From the NCBI GenBank assembly GCA_965249725.1, contig CBDFMQ010000002.1, positions 1,024,001-1,088,000 of the forward strand: 64,000 nt of DNA, in the 5' to 3' direction. The notes below the pieces were generated by a model. The model saw only the letters and a program-made list of their open reading frames with translations. It was not told where the DNA came from and did not search any database. A program made the translations under genes and the position numbers. Shown here one piece after another: positions 57,683 to 64,000 of the stretch. Within the stretch, counting starts at the first letter, position 1. The number at the start of each line of letters is the position of its first letter. The DNA comes from Longimicrobiales bacterium. GTDB taxonomy: Bacteria > Gemmatimonadota > Gemmatimonadetes > Longimicrobiales > Gaopeijiaceae.

Positions 57683-59905
57683 ATGCCAGGAAACGACAGC
57701 TGCCAATCTTGCGGCGGGGCACTCTCATCAAGCGACCGCTTTTGCCCGACGTGCGGGTCTGGACGAAGCGCCGGGACGGAAGGCGGGGCGGAGACGGTGA
57801 TGTTCCGGCCCAACCAACAGACGCACTGTACCGAGTGCGGTAGTCCGGTCGCGGCAGAAAGCAGCTTCTGCGGCTCTTGTGGTGCCTCCCGACGAGAGGC
57901 GGTGACCGTACCGTCGCAGGGGTCTCTGGAGCGCATCACCACCGATCGCCTCACCGAAGCCACGACCGGCGAGTTCGAGATTCTAGAGCGGGTCGGGCAC
58001 GGCGCAATGGGCTCGGTCTACCTCGCTCGCGACGTCGCTCTGAGCAGGCGGGTCGCGATCAAGGTCATCTCCCCACAGCTCCTTCAGGACGAGTCGATGG
58101 TCGCTCGGTTCCGGCTGGAAGCACAGACCGTGGCGGCCCTCCAGCATCCAAACATCGTGAACATCTACGCGGTGCGTGAGATCGGCGATCTTCACTTCTT
58201 CATCATGGACTTCGTCGACGGCCCGTCGTTGAGTTCGTTGATCAAGGCTCACGGCCCACTGGACATCGGCGTAACGCAGGTGTTGCTCTTTCAGATCGGC
58301 AGCGCGCTGAGCTACGCCCACCGTCGTGGCCGAGGGGTCATCCATCGAGATGTGAAGCCGGCCAACATCATGGTCGACCGTGAGGGCAAGCCGGTCGTCA
58401 TGGATTTCGGGATCTCGAAGGTCGGCGCGTCGCAGAGCGGGCTGACTCAGACGGGCACGACGATCGGCACGCCCGAGTACATGAGTCCGGAACAGTGCAT
58501 GGACAAGGAGCTTTCCGGGGCTTCGGACCAATACGCACTGGGCATCGTAGCCTACGAAATGCTCACCGGTGCGGTACCGTACAAGGGATCCACCTACGCG
58601 ATTATGATGGCCCACGCCGAGGGCACGCCGTCCCCGATTGGTGGACAACGACCGGACTGCCCGAAGGACGTGGAGGCGGCGGTCTCGCGCATGCTCGCCA
58701 AATCCCCCGCCGAGAGATTCTCCGACGTCGAAGAGGCCATGGCCGCCCTGGGCGGAAGGCCCCTCGGGTACGGAGATCCGGTCCGCGACGCGATCGTCGC
58801 GCTCGTCGACTCGGTCTCCAGCGAAGCGGCAGGGTTGGACGAGAGCTCTCCTCTGAGCCCGGTCCCGAAATCGCGCGGACCTGAGGACGTCCCGGCCGCG
58901 GCGTCGGTCGGAGACGCACCCGTCATCGACGAAGTCGAGGGCGTGTCCCGAAGCGCCCAGATCAAGGTGGAAGAGTCGCGTGCCGCGGTGGCCGTATCTC
59001 CCCCTGACCCGGTGGGCTCCCCTGAGCGGCGGAAAGTTGGCGGCCGCGTTTGGCTCGGTGTCGCGGCGTTGATCGCCGTGGCGTTTGGGCTCTCTCAGGT
59101 CGTTCGGGCCGGTGGGACGCCCGAGGTCGCGAACGACGTCACGGTCAGCCAACCGACGGTCGTCGACTCCCTCTCCGCAGGAGATACAGTGGGATCGACG
59201 GGTGAGAGCGCCGCCGAGAATCCGGGAGCTGGCCAGGACGTCGCGTCACGCCCGCCAACCCAGGATGCTCGGCCTCCGGAGGTGGTCGCTCCACCGAGCA
59301 CACCCGCCGTGACCGCCGTGCGAATCGAGGGTGGCGACCGCGTGCTCGGCGTGGGAGGGAGGACGCCGATCTCGGCGACCGCTCTGACGGGTGACGGCGC
59401 CACCCTGGACGACGTGACTGTCGAGTGGAACTCGTCCGACGACGATGTGGCAGCGGTCCGCGGCGATCAGCTCGTAGGCGGCGACGCCGGCAACGCGATG
59501 ATCACCGCGACGGTAGACGGAGTGGTGGGAGAGGTGGGCATCAGGATCATTGCGCTCCCGTCGCGCGAAGAGGTCGCGGTCCTTCTTCAGGAGCGCTTCC
59601 TCGACCAGCTCGGGCGTAGAGACACGGGGGCCATTCAGCGTCTATTGGGAAGGGACCAAGGCACGCAGCTCCAGCGTGAGATCGTTCAGCGCATGCAGGA
59701 GCCGAGCTTCTCGGCCCAAATGACCCGCCTTGGTGACGTTACGCCCTCAGGGCCGGGCGTGACGATGGACTTCGATGTGGGAATGAGATGGCGGGAAGCA
59801 TCCGGGGCTCGGGTCCCGCCGAGGTCCGTGTCCTTTCGCGCTATGCTGGGGCCCACCCCGAACGGATGGCGCCTGGCGGGGGTGCGCCGACTACCTCCGA
59901 GCTAG
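57683..59905 (+). CDS. Membrane Ser/Thr protein kinase with zinc ribbons and extracellular Ig-like domain
   Basis: Four CxxC motifs, GHGAMG, VAIK, HRDVKPAN, DFG, GTPEYMSPE, one TM and a Big_2-like region (WNSSDDDVA.V). Confidence 0.92.
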   Translation: MPGNDSCQSCGGALSSSDRFCPTCGSGRSAGTEGGAETVMFRPNQQTHCTECGSPVAAESSFCGSCGASRREAVTVPSQGSLERITTDRLTEATTGEFEILERVGHGAMGSVYLARDVALSRRVAIKVISPQLLQDESMVARFRLEAQTVAALQHPNIVNIYAVREIGDLHFFIMDFVDGPSLSSLIKAHGPLDIGVTQVLLFQIGSALSYAHRRGRGVIHRDVKPANIMVDREGKPVVMDFGISKVGASQSGLTQTGTTIGTPEYMSPEQCMDKELSGASDQYALGIVAYEMLTGAVPYKGSTYAIMMAHAEGTPSPIGGQRPDCPKDVEAAVSRMLAKSPAERFSDVEEAMAALGGRPLGYGDPVRDAIVALVDSVSSEAAGLDESSPLSPVPKSRGPEDVPAAASVGDAPVIDEVEGVSRSAQIKVEESRAAVAVSPPDPVGSPERRKVGGRVWLGVAALIAVAFGLSQVVRAGGTPEVANDVTVSQPTVVDSLSAGDTVGSTGESAAENPGAGQDVASRPPTQDARPPEVVAPPSTPAVTAVRIEGGDRVLGVGGRTPISATALTGDGATLDDVTVEWNSSDDDVAAVRGDQLVGGDAGNAMITATVDGVVGEVGIRIIALPSREEVAVLLQERFLDQLGRRDTGAIQRLLGRDQGTQLQREIVQRMQEPSFSAQMTRLGDVTPSGPGVTMDFDVGMRWREASGARVPPRSVSFRAMLGPTPNGWRLAGVRRLPPS

Positions 59906-60819
59906 CCCACCGCCGCATCTCCCGACGTCTCGAACGCGATGTCGAGCGCACCCTCTTCGGAAAGAGGGTCACCGAGTCGGATGAACCCGGAACCGGTGAG
60001 CAGCACTTCGTCTCGGTGGACCGCGATTTCGTCTTCTCCCGCCCGCCGCACATAGGTACCGTTCGTGCTGTGGTCGACGAGGTAGAAACGGCCGCTGCGT
60101 GCCGTGATCTTCGCATGCTCGCGTGACGCCGACGTACCAGGCACCACCATCGAATTCTCAGCGCCGCGGCCCAGCGTGACCGCCCCGGGTTCCTCGGTCG
60201 TCGTCGTCACGCACCGGTCTGCAAGGCGGAGCTCGAGCGAGGTGCGAGGAATCTCGGCGATCTTTGGAGCGAGCGTGGTGAGCATAGCCGTCTCACCGCG
60301 CCACAGGATCTCGCAAAGATGGACCTGCTTGTCGCGCCCCTTCACAAGGTGTTCGCCGAGGCTACGAAAGAAGATCCCCATTTCCTTCAAGCCCTCGAGG
60401 GTGGCGCCGGTCGTCAGGATCTGGCCCGCCATCGCCTTGTCCACGAGCCGCGACGCGACATTGACTACGTCGCCGAATAGGTCTCCCCTCTCGATCAGAA
60501 CCGGGCCCGCGTTCAGACCGATGCCCACCTGGAGCCTCGTGCCCTCGACCGATGGGCGCGCCAGCAAGTCGCGCTGCATTTCGACTGCCGCCGACACGGC
60601 GTCGAGTGGCGTCGGGAAGGCCGACATGATCTCGTCACCGATCGTCTTGATCACAGAACCGTGGTGGGCGGTCGTGATCACTCCCAGGTCTGCTAAGAGC
60701 GCACCGATGAGCTGCCGACTGTCGGCGTTGCCCAGGCGCTCGGTGATCCCCGTGCTGTCTCGGACATCCGCAAAGAGGATCGTGCGATTCGTATCCCCGG
60801 AGGAGGTCGAGGCCGGCAC
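59902..60819 (-). CDS. Class III adenylate/guanylate cyclase with C-terminal FHA domain
   Basis: FADVRDST, KTIGDE and GDVVNVASRL. FHA motifs LGR, SREH and STNGT. Confidence 0.92.
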   Translation of the reverse strand: MPASTSSGDTNRTILFADVRDSTGITERLGNADSRQLIGALLADLGVITTAHHGSVIKTIGDEIMSAFPTPLDAVSAAVEMQRDLLARPSVEGTRLQVGIGLNAGPVLIERGDLFGDVVNVASRLVDKAMAGQILTTGATLEGLKEMGIFFRSLGEHLVKGRDKQVHLCEILWRGETAMLTTLAPKIAEIPRTSLELRLADRCVTTTTEEPGAVTLGRGAENSMVVPGTSASREHAKITARSGRFYLVDHSTNGTYVRRAGEDEIAVHRDEVLLTGSGFIRLGDPLSEEGALDIAFETSGDAAVG

Positions 60820-60831
60820 GCTAGGGTGGCG

Positions 60832-61344
60832 TTAGTGCTCGATGATGCGAACTCGAACGGCCTCGCTCGCGTCAACGCGGATGGGACTTCCGTCCCCGGC
60901 ATCCTTCGAGATCGTCACTTCGATGATCGCAGGACCGTCCACATCGTCATCGAGGCGTACAAGCGTGATCGCCGCATCCGCCGGCTTTAGGTCCCACCAC
61001 CCGCCCGTCGCTGCATCCACTATCACTCCGACGAGCCCAAGCAGGATGTCGGCAATCAACGGGCCGACGCGCATGGACTTGATGATGGGAAACTGAGCCT
61101 CCTGATAGCCTTCCTTCCAGACCACGAGCGTGTAGGCGGTTTTGCGGTTCAGGACCAGCGTCGCGGGCGTCGTGAACGAGCCGGTAAGGGGCTCGGTCGT
61201 GAGCCTCGCTTCGGACGGACTCGAGGTAACCGAGATCGTCTTGGTCGTGCCGCCCAAGATCACGCCGCACCCGGAAGAGGACATCGCGAGCGCTAGCGCG
61301 AAACAGTAACGAAGGGCGGTTCCCGCACTGCGGTGGTTTGTCAT
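60832..61344 (-). CDS. PEGA-like lipoprotein
   Basis: Lipobox SSGC, VTSSPSEA, TPATL.L, KEGYQ and VDAATG. Confidence 0.8.
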   Translation of the reverse strand: MTNHRSAGTALRYCFALALAMSSSGCGVILGGTTKTISVTSSPSEARLTTEPLTGSFTTPATLVLNRKTAYTLVVWKEGYQEAQFPIIKSMRVGPLIADILLGLVGVIVDAATGGWWDLKPADAAITLVRLDDDVDGPAIIEVTISKDAGDGSPIRVDASEAVRVRIIEH

Positions 61345-61515
61345 GGGATCTCCGATAGCAAGGGGAATCCGGCGCTTCCATGCCCAACCGAACGGAAGGT
61401 AGTCCGGCGGCCACGTTGACGGTAGATCGACCGGAGCCGGGCTGAGCCGGAGCCGGGATGAAATGGAGACTGCTACCGTTGAACGCTCAGTTGCGCCCTG
61501 CTTTCCCCGAATGCG

Positions 61516-61546
61516 CGCGGGTTCGCCGCCCGCCGCCTCCATGCCC
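61516..61546 (+). repeat. Inverted copy of the tmRNA 3' end
   Basis: 29/31 match to the reverse complement of 61582-61612. Confidence 0.9.
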
Positions 61547-61550
61547 ACAA

Positions 61551-61585
61551 CAAGAAGCCCTCACAACCTGGATGGTTGTGAGGGC
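61551..61585 (-). terminator. Intrinsic terminator of tmRNA
   Basis: GCCCTCACAACC-ATCCA-GGTTGTGAGGGC followed by TTCTTG. Confidence 0.75.
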
Positions 61586-61586
61586 A

Positions 61587-61941
61587 TGGAGGCGGCGGGA
61601 GTCGAACCCGCGTCCGCGAATCGATCCTATAGAGCCTCTACGTGCGTAGCGTCACTCAGAATTTCGCCCGGGGCGGCGAGCGAGCAACCGGCCCCCAGAC
61701 TAGCTATCTGAAAATCTCATCTCTCACCAGGACAGCGCTGGTGCGAGACCAGCCCGACTCATCGACGTCTCGTTGACCCGCCTCGGGCGGGCAGATCAGG
61801 AGACGAGCTACGAACCGTAGTTACGCAGCCAATGCCAGATCATTGTTGGCAATTATAAAGTTTCCAGGGGTTTAACGAGGGCCCAGAAACCTCGGCACGC
61901 TACTCTATGTTCACCAAACGCGTCGAAGCCGTGACGCCCCC
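61587..61941 (-). ncRNA. ssrA: tmRNA, tag peptide ANNDLALAA (61821-61850)
   Basis: 5' GGGGGCG...TTCGAC and 3' GCGGGTTCGACTCCCGCCGCCTCCA with a G3:U pair. Resume context ATAATT-GCC. 355 nt. Confidence 0.96.
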
Positions 61942-62069
61942 GGTTCCCACGGCCCTTCGGCCGATCCTACGATATCGGTCTCCCGATGACTGCCCTACCC
62001 CGGCTTGGAAGGCCAAGATCCCGCGTCTCGCGACCCGCATGCACTGTTGGCAGCTGCCCCGACGTCTGC

Positions 62070-63071
62070 TCAGGCGGCCTCAGCCCCCTCCATATGACGC
62101 TCCATGTACCCCTGCAGCAGGGTCTCCACATGCGCCAGCGTCGTCACCTGGAACAGTTCGGCGCGTAGCGTCTTACCACCTGGAAGACCCTTGGTGTACC
62201 AACCGAGGTGCTTCCTGAAATCGATCAGGGTGCGCGATGCGTCCCGACCGAACTCGATACCGTTGCGGATGTGTTCCAGGCAGACCTCAAAGCGCTCCTG
62301 CACATCCGGCTCAGGCGGTATGGGTAGGCCATCCAATGCGGCTCGGGCCTGCTCGAAGATCCACGGGTAACCATGGGACCCCCGTGCGACCATCACCCCC
62401 GCGCAGTTCGTCTGCTCCTTCATACGCCTCGCGTCGGCGCCTACGCTCACATCGCCGTTGCCTACAACCGGCACGTCCAACGCCTCCACGAGTGCTGCGA
62501 TTTCGTCCCAGCGGGCACTTCCCGAGTACATGTCCGTGCGTGTTCGGGGATGCAGGGTGACCATCCGAGAGCCGGCATCCTGACACCGAAGCCCGATCGC
62601 TACGGGATCCCTGGACGGCTCGTCATAGCCACTCCGAATCTTCGTCGTCACCGGCAATTCCGTGCTCGCCGCAACGGACTTGATGATGCGCTCCACCAGA
62701 TCCATGTCCCGGAGACAACCCGAGCCCCCGTTTCGCTTTACGATCTTCTTCACCGGACACCCGAAGTTGATGTCGATGAAGTCCGGTCCGAAGAGATCGG
62801 TCACAAGAGCCGCGGCCTCCCCCATCGTCCTCGGATCCGATCCGAAGATCTGAATCCCGATGGACCGTTCGTCTGCGTCGAATCGCAGATGATCGCGGGT
62901 CTGGCGGTTTCCCTGCATGATCCCGTCGGCGCTCACGAACTCTGTAGACACCACGTCGGCGCCGAAGCGGCGGCACAGTCGCCTGAACGGCGACTCACTC
63001 ACGCCCGCCTGGGGCGCGAGGAGAAGTGGGGTCCGGTTGCTCGCAAGGAGCTCGAAGAGATCGTCAGCCAT
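62070..63071 (-). CDS. dusB: tRNA-dihydrouridine synthase B
   Basis: LAPQAG, QIFG, DINFGCP, KIRSG, HPRT, GNGD and RKHLGWY. Confidence 0.93.
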   Translation of the reverse strand: MADDLFELLASNRTPLLLAPQAGVSESPFRRLCRRFGADVVSTEFVSADGIMQGNRQTRDHLRFDADERSIGIQIFGSDPRTMGEAAALVTDLFGPDFIDINFGCPVKKIVKRNGGSGCLRDMDLVERIIKSVAASTELPVTTKIRSGYDEPSRDPVAIGLRCQDAGSRMVTLHPRTRTDMYSGSARWDEIAALVEALDVPVVGNGDVSVGADARRMKEQTNCAGVMVARGSHGYPWIFEQARAALDGLPIPPEPDVQERFEVCLEHIRNGIEFGRDASRTLIDFRKHLGWYTKGLPGGKTLRAELFQVTTLAHVETLLQGYMERHMEGAEAA

Positions 63072-63207
63072 AAGAAGAAAGGTACGATTCGTGCCGAAGG
63101 GGGTGAAGGGTCATGCTTTGACAGCCCCGACCTTCGTGGAAATATTCAGACTGGTAAAAACAAAGCCAACATACTCGCGAAGGATCGGTCCTTCGGAGGA
63201 TTCAGAT

Positions 63208-63660
63208 ATGAAACTCAGGGAGTTGTTCACCCCCGACGTCGTGAATCTCGACCTCACATCGGGCACGAAGGACGAGACGCTCAAGCAATTGGTCGCTCTC
63301 TTGAGTCTGGACGAGAAGTCGGAGAGCATCCTCTACAAGACCCTCAAACGCCGAGAGAACCTCGGCTCCACCGGCATAGGGCGAGGTATCGCGATTCCCC
63401 ACTGTCGCTCCCTCGTCGTGAGTCGGCTGCGGCTCGCGTATGGCCGCAAGCACGATGGCGTGGAGTTCAAGGCCATCGACGACCAGCCGGTGCACAACTT
63501 CTTCCTGATCGTCGCGCCGCCGCTCGAGGTCTCCAACCAATACCTGCCAGTTCTCGGTAAGATCGCCCAGTTCGCCAAGGACGATGACATCCCGGGGCTC
63601 CTGAAGGACCTGAAGGAGCCCGAGGAGTTCCTCCGGTTGCTCGAGGAGCGGGCTCCCTAA
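63208..63660 (+). CDS. PTS IIA (Ntr/fructose-type) protein
   Basis: RENLGSTGIGRGIAIPHCR. GGAGGA RBS before ATG 63208. Confidence 0.92.
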   Translation: MKLRELFTPDVVNLDLTSGTKDETLKQLVALLSLDEKSESILYKTLKRRENLGSTGIGRGIAIPHCRSLVVSRLRLAYGRKHDGVEFKAIDDQPVHNFFLIVAPPLEVSNQYLPVLGKIAQFAKDDDIPGLLKDLKEPEEFLRLLEERAP

Positions 63661-63719
63661 AAAAAAGCGCCCCGAGGGGCGTTCCATGGGAGAACCTCTG
63701 TCCCACATTGGCGGCCCAT

Positions 63720-64000
63720 CTACTTGGTGACGTACATCCTGATGACCGCTCGCTCACCGTTCACGGTCAACTGAACGAAGTAGATGCCCGACGCCACTTT
63801 CCTACCTGCCTGATCCAGGCCGTCCCAGTAGGCCTCGTAACGACCCGGAGTGATGTACTCCAAGTCCACCAGGGGCGTTTGACCGTTGGGGTGACTCAAG
63901 GCGGTGGGAGTAGCCACGAACTGCTGCAGCACGTTGTAGATGCGCACGGATACCACAGCCGTCCGTCCATCTACGAATAACCCCTCGGAAAGCTGGAAGG
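63720..64000 (-). CDS. FlgD Ig-like domain protein (partial, runs off the window end)
   Basis: Frame open to the edge. IYNVL...WDGLDQAGRKVASGIYF. Confidence 0.8.
   Translation of the reverse strand, partial: FQLSEGLFVDGRTAVVSVRIYNVLQQFVATPTALSHPNGQTPLVDLEYITPGRYEAYWDGLDQAGRKVASGIYFVQLTVNGERAVIRMYVTK

Noticed and set aside
1..64000. Selenoprotein genes near selC
   Set aside because: The redox motifs seen (TlpA CGPC, DUF971, CDGSH, BNR CDCC) use Cys codons. I found no TGA-split ORF with continuing homology by eye; a SECIS search was not possible.
63720..64000. Type IX secretion cargo
   Set aside because: Only a partial FlgD-Ig-like domain is visible and no T9SS genes are in the window.

Overview
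High-GC, gene-dense bacterial chromosome segment, probably Gemmatimonadota (inference from gene content such as an ADOP-type orphan permease, many lipoproteins and a FlgD-Ig protein; not verified). The left 6 kb is an integron with inverted geometry. intI (4959-5939, minus) points into its own cassette array, which runs off the left edge. The array shows a candidate attI, three ~100-bp attC sites (two identical), two toxin-antitoxin cassettes, hypothetical cassettes and a frameshifted IS481-family element without a target duplication. Beside the integron is tRNA-Pro(TGG). The rest is mostly core chromosome: hemC-hldC-rph-rdgB-DUF971-hldD, lptE, lpxH, tRNA-Sec, ridA, hldA, an Omp85-fused metallopeptidase, mlaEFD, peptidases, addAB, a sensor kinase, glnA, lspA, a Ser/Thr kinase facing a cyclase-FHA gene, tmRNA, dusB and a PTS IIA gene. 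The most notable unexplained signals are four. (1) The inverted integron and its rearranged array. (2) The same 'terminator, antisense copy of the RNA 3' end, spacer, direct copy' module downstream of both tRNA-Pro and tmRNA. (3) An apparent ATT start codon for hemC. (4) A structured, terminator-containing leader between a near-consensus promoter and glnA. All calls come from reading the sequence and recognising motifs; no searches were run.
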